From Octopus sinensis (Eukaryota), in contig NC_042997.1 in NCBI RefSeq assembly GCF_006345805.1, forward strand, positions 176,700,001-176,764,000: DNA of 64,000 nucleotides. The letters are read 5' to 3'. The notes below the pieces were generated by a model. The model was not told the origin of the DNA, did not search any database, and saw only the letters and a program-made list of their open reading frames with translations. Made by a program: the position numbers and the translations under genes. Below, in pieces: positions 12,017 to 25,784 of the stretch (within the stretch, counting starts at the first letter, position 1; each line of letters opens with the position of its first letter).

Positions 12017-15000
12017 CTGTAAGGGAACAAAAAGAAAAAATATATGAGGCTATGTATTTGATACTTGGTTGTTAATGGTATAAATTAAACATGTAAAAAG
12101 CATCCAGTCCACACTGTAAAGTGGTTGGCATTTGGAAGGGCATCCAGCTGTAAAAATCATGCCAAAATTGATCTGAACTGTGCTGGTGCCATGTAAAGAG
12201 CACTCAGTTCACTAGGAAGGGTGTTCAGTCATAAAAACTATGCCAAAACAGACACTGAAGCCTGATGCAGTCTTCTACCTAGGCAGCTCTTCTCAAACTG
12301 TCCAACCCATGCCAGCATGAAAAGCGGACATTAAACGATGATGATGATGATGATGATGACGATGACGAATTTCATCTACTGCTTATAAGCTGTTTCATTA
12401 AGTATCAATTTTGCATTTTTAACTTCAACCTCAAACAACTTGTGTCTGCTTTTAGTTTAATATTAAGACACAAATGTGGTTGTGTGGTTGAGATACTTAC
12501 TTCCCAACTATGTGGTCTTGGTTTCAGTCCCACTGTGTGGTACCTCGGGCGAATGTCTTCTATTACAGCCCCAGGTGGACCAAATACCTTATGAGTGGAT
12601 TTGGTAGATGGAAACTTTAAGAAGCCCACCCTGTGCGTGCATGCACGCATGCATGTGTGTGTGTGTTCATTTTTCATTCTTCCATGAGAAACATGTCTGA
12701 CCATGGGGAAATATTACCTTGCTTGGAAGTAGGGTTGGCAACAGAAGATCTACCCCAACAAATTCCATTTGACCCATGCAAGTATGGAAAATTGGTTGTT
12801 AAATAATGATTCAACTTCATAAGCATATTTCCAGATCATCATAAGCATATTTCCGGATATAATAGTTATAAGAAATACATATTCTTAAAAAGTCAGTTGA
12901 AGAAGTGTTGTGGTAATTTTGTTTTTTAATTAGTTTGACTTTTAGTTTAAGTAAGCATTACAGAGGTTATCTATATTTTACCTTCAGCTAAAAAAAAACA
13001 ACAAATTTTCTACCATCAAACAAATATCAATATTGCAAAGATAAAATAGACTTTTATTTTCTTAAGTGGTTGGGTAAGTGATATGGATGTAAATATTATA
13101 ATTCTTAATTTTAAAGACAGTGATATGAGGTTGCTTATTGACAAGAAGAATGCACTTAGAATATGTTAAGTGGTTTCAAGTAGTGCAGGAAATATAGTTG
13201 GCAGTGGAGGCTTAGGTCTCGTATCAAAGGTTAAATCTATTTCGATTATCATTCACAAGTTTTGTATTACAAGAAGAATTGTCTATAAAACAATATAAAG
13301 GAGGACAAAAAAAATATATGTTAAGCAGTTTGCTTTGCAGCTAATGCAAATCTAAGTGTAACATTTGTCACGTGGTTTGCTAATTGCTTGAGTTGAGCTG
13401 GTCAATTATGATACACTTTAAACGGGTTGTCATTGTTGAAGTGGACGGTATTATTATTGTAGCTGTAGAGTATGTGTGGAATGTTGTTGCTGGCTCGGTG
13501 AATAAAAACTGAAGCAAACTCAAGAACATTTAACTGTGGTATTCATTACTGGACATAATATGTTTGGTGTTGGCTATTTACAATTATCTTTTATTTTTTA
13601 TTTGTTTCAGCCATTAAGACTGTGGCCATTCTGGGGCACTGCCTTGAAGAATTTCTAGTCAAATGAATTGACCCCAGCACTTATTTCTTTTTTTAAAGTC
13701 TGGTACTTATTCTATTGGTCTCTTTTGCTGAACTGTTAAGTTATGAGAATGTAAGCACATGAACACTGGTTGTCAAGTGGTGGTGGGCGAGAAACATAGA
13801 AACAAGCACACACACACAATGGGCTTCTTTCAGTTTTCCTCTACCAAATCTACTCACAAGGCTTTGGTCAGCCCAAGGCTATAGTAAAAGACACCTGCCC
13901 AAGGTGCTACACAGTGGGACTGAACCCAGAATCATGTGGTTGGAAAGCAAGCTTCTTACCACACAGCCACACCTGAACAATATTAATAATTACCAACTGG
14001 GAGGAGAGAAAAATACCCATTCTGTGAATGCAGAAGGCTACCTGTGGAACATAATGTGGTGTATCTGAGTGCTTGGAGTTCATCATTATCCTCATCATTT
14101 AATGTCTGTCTTCCATTGACCAATAACTTGTAAATGAAATTTGGCAGATTGGAAATGAGCAGAAAACCATCTCTCTCTCTCACATGTGTGCATGTGCACA
14201 CACCCACCCACACACATCATGTCCATTTAATTTCATGCTCATATGAGTTGAACTGTGTGTATATATATGCGCATGTTTGTGTGTGTATATGTGTGATGCC
14301 TGTGTGTGTGTGTGCATGTGTATCTGTGTTTACATTTATGCACACACTATACTAGAAACTGGTATTCTTGTTTATGTTTTGTGTTGATATCCTGTATATT
14401 ACATACAGTAATAGAGATCAATAAATTAGTTACTGTAGTGATTGACCCTTAAGGTGCTGCTCCAGAATGTTCACAGTCTAATGATTCAAACTATGAAAAG
14501 AATATATGTGTGTGGGCATGCACACACACACACACACACACACAGAGCAATACCCTATGTTAAGGAAGCTCTGGTTATCAAATTTTGCACTTAAAGAAAT
14601 TGTAAAATATATTCTAAAACAATGAGCCAGGGTGCATTGAAACTATGGGATGCAGCATAGCAGATGTGAACAAGGTAGTGAGCTGGCAGAACCGTTAGCA
14701 CACCGGGCAAAATGCTTAGTGATATTTCGTCTACCGATATGTTTTGAGTTCAAATTCCGCCAAGGTCGACTTTGCCTTTCATCCTTTCGGGGTCGATTAA
14801 ATAAATACCAGTTATGCACTGGGGTCGATATAATCGACTTAATCCGTTTGTCTGTCCTTGTTTGTCTCCTCTGTGTTTAGCCCCTTGTGGGTAGTAAAGA
14901 AATAGGATGTGAACTATTTCGGTAAATGAACTTATTGAATGAATCAATGCAAGTATCACTGGACTGTGAGTGAATGAACAGACAACGAACTGTCAACAGC

Positions 15001-15331
15001 CAATATCAACCAGTTCAGTTTGAGAACAACTGCTGTCATGTGTTGTCATGGCATGCACAGATGAGATATTTCAGGTTGTGAGAGATCAGTGTGGCTAAAA
15101 CTCAAGGCAAATGTTCATGTAGCATTGTTTGATCTGGCATGGAAGAGTTGCATTGGTCTGGGAAAGATGCATTAGTCTGGGCAAGTTGCCCAAGCAGGTG
15201 ATGGAGATGAAGAAAAGAATAGAAGCCAAAGACAGATAAGGCAGCTTTGAATCCATGACAGAAAGAGATAATAAAATATGAATTTTTGATTCATAAATAA
15301 ATTAAAAAGAAAAAGTATGGTTACAAAAACT

Positions 15332-15740
15332 GGATCTTTTTGGTTTGAACGGCAGTTTTTAACATAATTTCTAGGTAACTAAAAAATTTTTAACTTCGTA
15401 TACTGGTAGAATGTGTTTATAAAACATCTTTTTCTCTTGGCTTTATCGAGAAAATTCTATAGTTTGTAAGATATTTGTTTTTTTTTTTTTCAATTTCTGC
15501 AATTTCAACCAATCAGTGACTTTTATTGAGGTAAATAACATTCTGTGCCGTATGAATATGTCCCCTGTTTAAGAAACAGATTGGGTTTATTTACATTTGT
15601 GAAGAAAAAAAGATACCCTTCTCCTAACCCTAACCCTAAAACAGATTGAAATGCAATAGATCGATACTAGGGTCATAATTATGGGTGGAAATTTCATATG
15701 ACACCGCTAGAAAAAACTGCCGTTCAAACCGAAAAGATCC
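15332..15740. mobile_element. Non-autonomous DNA transposon (MITE), Merlin-like
   Basis: ~29-bp TIR GGATCTTTT(T/C)GGTTTGAACGGCAGTTTTT; 8-bp TSD CAAAAACT. Superfamily inferred from GG termini plus 8-bp TSD. Confidence 0.85.
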
Positions 15741-15814
15741 CAAAAACTCTTTTGAAACAGGCTCTGCTGTATCAAACTTTGAAAATAAGCAAGAATAAAA
15801 TAGCTTATACTTAC

Positions 15815-16036
15815 AGCCACATATTTAGCTTTTCCAAAGAAACACATAGCAATGTTATTCCATAAAATGGCACTTTCAGGCATAGAACAAGCCACAATTC
15901 TGTATTTAGTGAGAGCAACATCAAAGTCCCCATGACTTTGCATCATACTTCCAGCTGCTAGAATAGCTTTTATGTGAGTTGGATCAAAGCTCATGGCATT
16001 ACCAAGGCTTTCACAGGCTTTTTGAAACTCCTTAAT
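15815..16036 (-). CDS. BBS4: BBS4 exon 9 ([14 protein letters not shown]...[24 protein letters not shown]...[10 protein letters not shown])
   Basis: Near-identical to the BBS4 core [24 protein letters not shown]; CCAG/GTAAGT; 222 nt. Confidence 0.97.
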
Positions 16037-16333
16037 CTGGATCAGATACAAAACAAACAAATATATACACAAACAATTATAGGAACTGACATAGTTATCA
16101 TCATCATCATCATTGTCGTCGTTGTCATCAGCAACAACATCCACTTTTCCACGCTTGCATGGATCAGATGGAATTTGCTGAGACAAATTTTCTACAACCA
16201 TGTCCTTCCTGTGCTTTCAAGCAAGATAGTATTTCCCCATGGCAGACCAGTTTTCCATGGAAGATTGAAAATAGCAACACTGCTTGTATGACAGGGTGCT
16301 CATCTACAACCATCACAAGATGTCAAGACATAA

Positions 16334-16390
<57 letters not shown>

Positions 16391-17460
16391 TATGATATGC
16401 TTCTTTCGGTTTTAATTTATCAAATTCATTCACAAGGCTTTGGTTGGACCTGGGCTATAATAGAATACACTTGTTGAAGGTGTCACACAGTGGGACTGAA
16501 CCCAAGACCTCATGGTTGGGAAGTAAGCTTCTTAACCACACAGCCACGTCTGCCCTCCTTCTTAGCCAAACAGTGGATCAAAAGTTTACCTTGCTACAAC
16601 CATGCATTTCTAGATTTGATCCTACTGCATGGTGTCATGACCAAACCTACTGTAATTCTAAGTTGACCAACACCTTGTGAGTGAAATTTCAAAGGTGGAA
16701 ACTGTGAAACCCCTGCCACATCATCATCATCATTCATTTTTTCCATGTTGGCATGGTCAGGAGCTCTTCCTGACATCAACCCTCACTTATTTCAAAGTAA
16801 TATACTATTCCCACCTTGGTTCTTCAAGCAATGAACAGCTCAATGTCTGGTCTTGTTTTTATGACAGATTGTAAAAGAAAAGACTTTGTCAATGCCACTC
16901 ACTAAGCATTGGTCTGCTAGAGACCATTGTAGAAGGCACTTGCCCACAGTACCATTCAGTGGTGTGTGTGTGTGTGTGTGTGTGTGTGCATATATACATT
17001 AGGCGGCAAGCTGGCAGTAGGTGGCGAGCAAGCAGAAACGTTAGCATGCCAGGTGAAATGCATAGCCGTATTTCGTCTGTTGTTACGGTCTGGGTTCAAA
17101 TTCTGCCGAGGTCGACTTTGCCTTTCATCCTTTCGGGGTCGATAAATTAAGTACCAGTTACACACTGGGGTCAATGTAATCGACTTAATCCCGTTGTCTG
17201 TCCATGTTTGTCCCCTCTGTGTTTAGCCCCTTGTGGGTAGTAAAGAAATTATATATACATATATGGTGTATTCCTGTGTATATATATATATATATATATG
17301 CATGGTGTGTATGTGTGTGCTTGCATGCATATGTATGAGGGTGAGTGTGAAAGTGAGTATGAGTGTAAGTGTGTGTGTGACATACACATAGTCATACATT
17401 GGCAGACACAAACACACACTCTCACTATTCAAATATATACAGAAAGATATGGTCACTAAC

Positions 17461-17515
17461 CTCCATATATAGTAATCCAAGAAAAGTAAGAAGTTCAGGA
17501 TTTTCTGGAAATATT
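17461..17515 (-). CDS. BBS4: BBS4 exon 8 (IFPENPELLTFLGLLYME)
   Basis: Matches FSPENTELLTTLGLLYLQ; AG/GTTAGT; 55 nt. Confidence 0.93.
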
Positions 17516-18742
17516 CTACGTAAATAAAAGAAATAACAAAATAAAAAACAAAAAAAAAACAACACGCATGAGGATTTTGATGAAAAAGACTATTTACATA
17601 AAAATGACAAATCAATACTGATCATGAATGTTGCAGTTATTTCACAGTGTATGGTTGTCTGGGAGAAACTGTGTTTCAAAGACAGTGTTGTAATAGTTTT
17701 GAGATCCTCCTCCTCCTCCTCCTCATCATCATCATCATCATCATCATCACCACCACCACTGCCACCATCATCATCATCCTTCTCTCTACCCTTCTTCCTC
17801 CCCATCATCACTATCTAGCATCAATTTCTATGCTGGCATGGATTGGCTGGATGAGAGAACTGAGCCAAGTCCCAGTGTCTGTTTTGGCAGTTTCTACAAC
17901 TGGATGTCCTTCCTAATGCCAACCACTTTTACAGGCTTGGAATATGCAGTGGAAACTGAAAGCATCTCTTGCAAAATATTCAATCATTCTCATGGCTTTC
18001 CAGCAGTACCCATCACTTGTATTCATTTTAATATACTGTTACCATATAAACTTCTGCATTACATCTGTTCCTTTTTCCAAGTTTTAGCTTAGAGGAACCT
18101 TGGATGTTATTGCTAAAAGGGCAAACAACCACATTGTGGCTCTTTCCCAATGGCTAGGATTGTCACTGGCTGGTTCACATTTAATTGCAAAAGCTGTGCA
18201 TGTTGGGGAAGTCAGTGGACACAAACTGAAGTCTTCATATGTCTAAACATTTTTTTAGTTTCAGAGTCTCAGACATGTTCATATGGTTAAGAAGTTTGTT
18301 TTGTACAACACCTTGAGCCAGTAACTTCTTTTATAGCTTCAGGTTGATCAAAGCCTTGAAATGTGGAAACAGAGTGAAAATGTGTTTCTATCCATGAAAG
18401 GTTGACATTAACTATTGTCCAGTTTACTAGTTTAACACTGCCATCTAGCCTTTGGTTACTTGTAGCAGAGTTTCCTCTGTTGCATGTATTTAGACCAGAT
18501 TTCCTGCCAGAGGCTAACTTCCTTCCTTTGCCGTAACTCTTTTACTTGTTTCAATCATTTTACTGCAGCCATGCTGGAGCACCGCCTTTAATCAAGCAAC
18601 TCGACTCTGGGATTTATTCTTTGTAAGCCCAGTACTTATTCTATCGGTCTCTTTTGCTGAACTGCTAAGTGACGGGGACATAAACACACCAGCATCGGTT
18701 GTCAAGCGATGTTGGATGGGACAAACACAGGCACACAAACAT

Positions 18743-18779
<37 letters not shown>

Positions 18780-19226
18780 TACGATGGGCTTCTTTCAGTT
18801 TCCGTTTACCAAATCCACTCACAAGGCTTTGGTCGGCCCGAGGCTATAGTAGAAGACACTTGCCCAAGGTGCCACGCAGTGGGACTGAACCCGGAACCAT
18901 GTGGTTGGTAAACAAGCTACTTACCACACAGCCACTCCTGCGCCTAACTAGTCATAATCTTCTCATGAGTCAGACAAAACTTACTGAGACAGTTTTTATA
19001 TAGCTGGATACTCTTCCAGTTACCAATCCTCAAGTGTTTTCAAATAATACACTATTTCCTCAAGCCCTTCAAACAGCTCAATGACTGGTCTTGTTTTCAT
19101 GGCATATAAACAGAGGCCTTCTGACAGACCATAAAAAATTTCTGACTCAACCATAAAACTATATAGAATTCAGATGAAATATATGGATGGTGAGTGAACA
19201 ATAAATAGTGCAAGGCTAGAACTTAC

Positions 19227-19354
19227 TCAACAGCTTTGATGAATACTTCAATGGCTCGTTCCACATTTCTTTCCAGCATGTATATTTTTCCCAACATGAT
19301 AAATGACACTTCATGATGCTTGTGAGTAATTGCAGTCTGGAGAAATTCTTTGGC
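19227..19354 (-). CDS. BBS4: BBS4 exon 7 (AKEFLQTAI...IMLGKIYML...AIEVFIKAVE)
   Basis: Matches IMLGKIHL...AIEVYKKAVE; TTTTAG/GTAAGT; 128 nt. Confidence 0.93.
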
Positions 19355-19522
19355 CTAAAATACAATAAAATGAAAACACTTTTCACGTCCATTTTTCCAT
19401 GCGTGCACAAGATTGTTTATTTGTTTTGAGTAATTAGCTTTCACAGTTGGATTGTCTTCCTACTGCTAAGTAGTTAAATATGAAGCAGGAATGAAGCTTT
19501 CCTTTTTCTTTTTCCTCAGCAG

Positions 19523-19562
19523 GAAGATTTAAAGGTCCCTGGTTCATCCCCGGGTTTCGGCA
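19523..19562 (+). pseudogene. tRNA-Phe(GAA) 3'-half fragment
   Basis: GAAGATTTAAAGGTCCCTGGTTCATCCCCGGGTTTCGGCA closely matches the 3' half of eukaryotic tRNA-Phe; the 5' half is absent. Confidence 0.8.
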
Positions 19563-19588
19563 TCCGGTGGCCGGTCTGCTTGTTTATA

Positions 19589-19990
19589 GGCGTAGGAGTG
19601 GCTGTGTGGTAAGTAGCTTGCTTACCAACCACATGGTTCTGGGTTCAGTCCCACTGCGTGGCACCTTGGGCAAGTGTCTTCTACTATAGCCTCGGGCTGA
19701 CCAAAGCCTTGTGAGTGGATTTGGTAGATGGAAACTGAAAGAAGCCTGTCGTATATATGTATGTGTGTGTATGTGTTTGTGTGTCTGTGTTTGTCTCCCT
19801 AGCATTGCTTGACAATCGATGTTGGTGTGTTTACATCCTCGTTACTTAGCGGTTCGGCAAAAGAGTCCGATAGAATAAGTACTGGGCTTACAAAGAATAA
19901 GTCCCGGGGTCGATTTGCTTGACTAAAGGCGGTGCTCCAGCATGGCCACAGTCAAATGACTGAAACAAGTAAAAGAGAAAAGAGAAAAGA
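19589..19990 (+). mobile_element. tRNA-derived SINE family A, full length (also ~18536-18946 -, 45128-45580 -, 56600-56982 +, 59167-59570 +, 3462-3862 -, 4776-5340 -, 13590-13975 -, 41758-42133 - and others)
   Basis: A box TGGCTGTGTGG, B box GGTTCAGTCCC, internal (TA)(TG) tract, (AGTAAAAG/AAAGAG)n tail; many near-identical copies. Confidence 0.9.
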
Positions 19991-20163
19991 GACATCTCTT
20001 TTTTGGATGTAATTTGTTATGATTGTTACAGTGTGCTAGAAAGCTTGCACAATAGTGATTTTTGATAGCCTTTCTCAGTGAAAAACCTACAAAATTTGGA
20101 GAAAGAGTAGTTGAAATAGCAGTGAAATCTCTCTCAAATCACAACTTATTTTTTTAATAAAAA

Positions 20164-20524
20164 CTAGCACAATGACCCGGTGTTGCTAGTGCATGCGTAT
20201 ACAGCTGCATGCATGTGCACATACACGCGAGTACTGTCCAAATTTCCGACCAATCACATACAGCTAGCTGGCATTCAATTGGCATATCAAGTTTTGGGCA
20301 TTTTGATTGGGTTTTGGATAAAAAATTCACAAAAAAGTCACTTCTATTGATTTTTTAATGGCTTTGCGGGGTGACTGGGGAAATGTAAAGATGTGCACGA
20401 CCACCCTTGGACGGTTTTGAGTGACCATAGAAAGTGCGAGCCCTCTAACTGAAAAATTGTGGATTTGTATAAAGGACATGCACACACACACAGACTGACA
20501 TTTTGCCGTTTATATATAGAGAGA
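20164..20524 (-). mobile_element. Short non-autonomous Helitron-like element
   Basis: 5' TCTCTCTATATATAAACGGC...CCGGGTCATTGTGCTAG 3', between A and T, no TSD. Confidence 0.55.
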
Positions 20525-20680
20525 TGCAGGACACATTGGCTAATGTAACCCTAGATACACAATGTATAAAAAAAACAAAACAAAGAGATGACCATGGCAA
20601 GAATGCCTCTGATAATAGATCTGTTTTATCATGGCTGAGCTGCAGCTAAACAATAACAACAATAACAATGAGATACTCAC

Positions 20681-20734
20681 CCTTTCGTAATCCTTTAGGT
20701 GCATGTAACATATCCCAACATTGTGTGCTATCTC
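20681..20734 (-). CDS. BBS4: BBS4 exon 6 (EIAHNVGICYMHLKDYER)
   Basis: TPR segment matching EISHNLGVCY; CCAG/GTGAGT; 54 nt. Confidence 0.93.
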
Positions 20735-21500
20735 CTGGTAAAATAAATATAATACATAAATATATATTTATGTATATATGATGCTGAAATATGTGGGTTA
20801 GATGGGTGATACACAAATTATGCACATAATCAAATTGGTAATACAGAAAAGTGTAATACTCAATGACAAGTGTAGAAAGAAATAAAGCAAGCAGAATCTG
20901 TGTTAGACGTATAATGTTAGAAGACTGAAACTAATGTAGTCACTGTTTCTCTTAAATAGTTGCAAGTTACTAGCTGCAGAGTGAGAAGGAAATGTCTGAG
21001 GAGAGATATTTTGTGTAGGAAGGACTGGAAGAAAAGGAATTTTGTGATCTGGGGATGGGGTAGACACAGTATGGAGTGATGAGAAGAGGAGAAGTGATGG
21101 GGAACAATTTTCCTTTTCTATCTTGACCTGTACCGGTGGCATGTGTAAAAGATTCGAGCGAGGTCATTGCCCGTACCACCTAACTGGCCCCGTGCTGGTG
21201 GCACGTAAAAGCACCCACTACACTCTCAGAGTGGTTAGCGTTAGGAAGGGCATCCAGCTGTAGAAACTCTGCCAAATCAAGATTGAAGCCTGGTGCAGCC
21301 ATCTGGTTCACCAGTCCTCAGTCAAATCGTCCAACCCATGCTAGCATGGAAAGCGGACATTAAATAATGATGATGATGATGCTTGTTTTATCATTAATCA
21401 CTCTAAGACAACCTACTTTAGAAATAAGGTAGACTAATAGCCTTATGATATTCAGTTTTGATTTATTGTAACAAGAAGGGAAGTTAATAAAATTGATTAC

Positions 21501-21573
21501 CCAATCCTTTTCACTGTATTTTGCAGCTTCTTGGTAAACACCTATCGCAGCTTTGTGTCGTGCCAACAAGAAT
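21501..21573 (-). CDS. BBS4: BBS4 exon 5 (FLLARHKAAIGVYQEAAKYSEKDW)
   Basis: Matches FLLGKHKAAIEVYNEAAK..KDW; AG/GT; 73 nt. Confidence 0.95.
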
Positions 21574-24500
21574 CTAAAAGTAAAACAGATATATGTCAGA
21601 TTTATGTTTCATACTTTTATCAAGTCACTTGATCAAAATATGATGAAACCCCCAGGTATAGTGCCTTATTTCTAATTAAATACTTCTTGTGCATGTATCT
21701 CACTAGGAAGAGAGTATTGCTAGTCTCTCTTCCTAATACAAAACTGAACTGCATCTCATCTGAGTTAATTCTTTTCTTGATGAGTTTAATTTTATTATCA
21801 TCATTTTACATTAGCTTTCTCAGCTTGCATAGGTAGGATGGTTCTCACAGTGTCTCACCTTTATCATGCCACTAATACTAGAGAGATTGTCTTTAGCAGG
21901 ATTAAACAATACTCTCTATCCTGTAAGTTGTTGTTCAGGGTTACTGTCCTCCTAGAGATATTGCAATGCATATATATCCACACCCATCACCAGATATTAT
22001 ATGAAAGCAACATAAGATACACAAGTATGATTTGAAGGCGATTTGATTGCTATTTCAAACATGTCTTTGTTTAGTCAATAAGCATTTCCCCCAATCACAT
22101 AAATACAGGAAAACATTCCTTGAGAGTCTTTTTTAGCTGTGCATCTAGTATAAAGTAATATTAATAATGCAAAATGAAAGCGGTGAGCTGACAGAATCAT
22201 TTGCACACCAGGAAAATGCTTAGCAGCATTTCTTTCATCTGTACATTCTGAGTCCAAATTCTTCCAATGTTAACTTTGTCTTTCATCTTTTCGGGGTCGA
22301 TAAAATAAATACCAGTTGAACACTGGAGGAGATTTGTCTATAATGAAACAAAACTTTTTACAAAGCAAATCTATATTGCTTAATTTAATCAGACTTGTAT
22401 CATCCATAATACTTCCCTTCACTGTTGACACACTACTGCCGAGAGCTTTTTTTTTTTTTTATCAATTTTTGAACAAGTCTTGAAATGTATTTTCAGACCT
22501 TGTGCACAGTTCTCATTGGGAAATTGTTGGTATATATCTTTTATTGTTTGAAATTGGTGACCTTTCTGAGTGGATTTCAACTTTAGGAACAAAAATAATC
22601 TGTAGAGGTAAATGTATAGAGATTAAGGTATCTCTGGAATGAGAGTCATCCACACTTTGCCAAAAAGGTCATGGACAAGGAGTCATGAGCAGGCAAGTTT
22701 CTATGGTGCAATATCCAAGTTTTGTTTGTCCATGCCTCAGGTCACTCTCTTTACACAGCCCCTCTCAAATACAAAGGACAGTAATAACTGCCTTTTCTTT
22801 GTGTATTCAATATCATAATTATACATCCATATCTTGTCAGAAAATTTTTTATCAACATTCAAACAAATAAATCCTGACTGTCCATAACACTCTTCTCTTT
22901 CTGCTTGCATGTCAGCAGAGGTGCAGCACAAACTTTACAGTAACACAATGCATTTTCCTATTTCTTTTTTCAAGTCACGTGGCATAAAGTTATACAGATG
23001 CCTACTTCTGAAACTTCATGGAAAGTCAAGCAATGGTTTTTACCAAATCAGATCAGAGCAAACACATTTACAATGTGATCATTGCTCTTTGTCATGAAAC
23101 ATTGTTCATATTTGGAATAACTGTCTGTGGATATTGTGCGTGTGTGTGTATCAATATCTACAGGCAACAATATATCTATACACACACACACTTATTTATA
23201 AATACACAGACACACACACATATATATCATCATCATTTAACATACTTATATATACACACACATAGATGTATACATACATAATACACACACATTACATACA
23301 TACACACACACACAGAGACAAATATACATACATATATTTGTATGTACATACACAAATGATTCATTCAAGAGTAGATCTGCATTTTTCTGACTATGTTCAT
23401 ATTTTAACATGCTTTGTACCAATATTTTAACACCTTGTAAAAGAAAGATGTCAACATTAAGTGAAGAGAAAAGTCTACAACAAAGAGTCAAAAGTGAGTT
23501 CTTGATTTGATTTGTAATTATGTATGACTATTTGCTGTAAGAAAAAAAAAGGTACACATAATTAGGTAGTATTAAACTAATATTTCTAGTTCTGAATAAG
23601 AAAAGCTATGGATAAAAATACATATTTTTATGTAATTTTGTAAATCAGTATATTTGCAGTATAATGTTATTAAATACAAAGAAACCTGTCTCTTTCATGT
23701 TACCAGAATAAATTATTGTTTTTGATAAAAAAAACAAAAGCCATGACTATGAAAAGGAAAAAGCAGAGAATAGTAGGTGTGTTACAATGTTTGTACTTTA
23801 CACATGTTGCTAAATAAAGAGGAAAACAAAAAAGGTCTTTCAAACTGGGTCACTGAATGCTTATGGTGTTCTCAAGAGAATAATAATAATTATTATTCAA
23901 GAGAATAATAATAAAAGATTTTTTCCATATGGGCCCAAGGTTACTTTCATAAATATTGGTCTCTGACAAGAGAACAAAGAGGTACACTTCAGATAGAAGA
24001 ATGGGAATGGTTGATTATATTGACCTACTATTTGGTTGGTATTCATTTTACCATCCCATAAAGGATGAAAGGTGAAGTTGACCTTTATTTGAGTTCAAAC
24101 TCAGAAGAACATAAAACGATACAATTAAATGCTGGAAGGTATTTGAGCCAATGTTTTACCAATTCTGTTAATCTATCATCCTTAATCTCATTAATTAATA
24201 TTGGTTTTAAATTTTGGCACAAGGCCAGTAATTTCAGAGGAGGCGTTAAGTCAGTTACATCCACTTCAGGGTTCAATCGTTCGTTCATCATTTAACGTCT
24301 GCTTTCCATGCTAGAATAGATTGCATGATTTGACTGAGGTCTGGCGATCCAGATGGCTCTACCAGACTCCAATCTGATCTAGCAGAGTTTCTACAGCTGA
24401 ATGCCCTTCCTAATGCCAACCACTCTGAGAGTGTAGTGGGTGCTTTTATGTACCACCGGCATGAGGGCCAGTCAGGCAGTACTGGCAATGGCCACACTCA

Positions 24501-25672
24501 AATGGTGCTTTTTATGTGCCACCTGCACAGGAGCCAGTCCAGCAGCACTGGCAACGACCTCACTCAAATGTTTTTTCAAGTGCCAGTAGGGCGATGCAGG
24601 TAATGATGGCGATGCAGGTAAAGTTCAACTGGTACTTATTTTGTTGCCCCTTGAAAGGATGAAAGGCAAAGGTGACCTTAGTGAAATTTGAACTCAGGAT
24701 GTAAAGACAGACAAAATGCTGCTGAGCATTTTGTCTAGCACGGTAACGATTCTGCCAGCTCACCACCTTATTTAATATTTCAAATTTTGGCACAATGCCA
24801 TCATGTTCAAGGGAGCGGGTAAGTTGATTACATCAACACCAGTGCTCAGCTGGTACTTATTTTATTGACCCTGAAAGGACGATAGGCAAAGTCTACCTTG
24901 GTGAAATTTGGACTCAGAATATAAACACAAATGAAATACTGCAAAGCATTTTGTCCAGCATGGTAATGATTGGGCTAGCTCACCACCTTCTTCTTTTTTT
25001 GTTTCTCTCTAGCTGATGCACCACTGTTAAAATGTAAGTCAACGATGCATCGACTGGGAAATGTACCCAGGCCGCCTGCATGGCAGGCAAGCATTCTACC
25101 ACTTATTACTTAATATTAAGACATCTTTTGGTATCTTTATCTTTTTATCTCTTACTTGTTTTAGCCTTTTGACTGTGGCCATACTGGAGCACTACCGTGA
25201 GCAGTTTTACTCAAGCAAATCGACCCCAGTACTTATTTTTTAAAAGTCTGGTACAAATTCTATTGGTCATGTTTGCCAAAACACAGTTATGGGGATGTAA
25301 ACAAACCAACACCATTTGTCAAACAATTGGTGGGGAACAAATACAAACACAAAAACATACACATACATTGTTTCACACACACACACACACATATATACAA
25401 GGGGCTTACACACAGTTTCCATCAACCAAATTCACTCACAAGGCATGGTTGGCCCAGAGTTATAGTAGAAGACATTTGCCCAAGGTACCACACAGTAGGA
25501 CTGAACCCCCAAACTGCACCTATGTATGTCAATTAAGAACAAAAAAAATTCATTTTCCTTTTGTGCAAATTGGAGAATACAACCCAAATATCTGGATTCT
25601 AGGTAGTAGATTAAGGCACATGGTAAATATTTTAACGTGTCATATTTAGAAATGTAATTCTGAAATACTCAC

Positions 25673-25784
25673 AAAGATCTTGCCACTTGTTTTAAATTGT
25701 CCGGACAATGAGGGTTTAGAAAAACACAGTTTTGGAATAAATCTAGGCTCTCTTGAATTTTTCCTTCTTGTCTGAGAATCAAAG
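25673..25784 (-). CDS. BBS4: BBS4 exon 4 ([20 protein letters not shown]...NLKQVARSL)
   Basis: Manual translation matches BBS4 EGNIQESLELFQ...[10 protein letters not shown]; AG/GTGAGT; 112 nt. Not in the ORF track. Confidence 0.95.

Noticed and set aside
15707-16201. 164-aa ORF as a single gene
   Set aside because: Only 15815-16036 is exon; the rest is intron and MITE read-through.
22330-23130. Possible mariner-like remnant (also a TIR-like start at ~55088)
   Set aside because: No transposase motif or paired TIRs could be read confidently.
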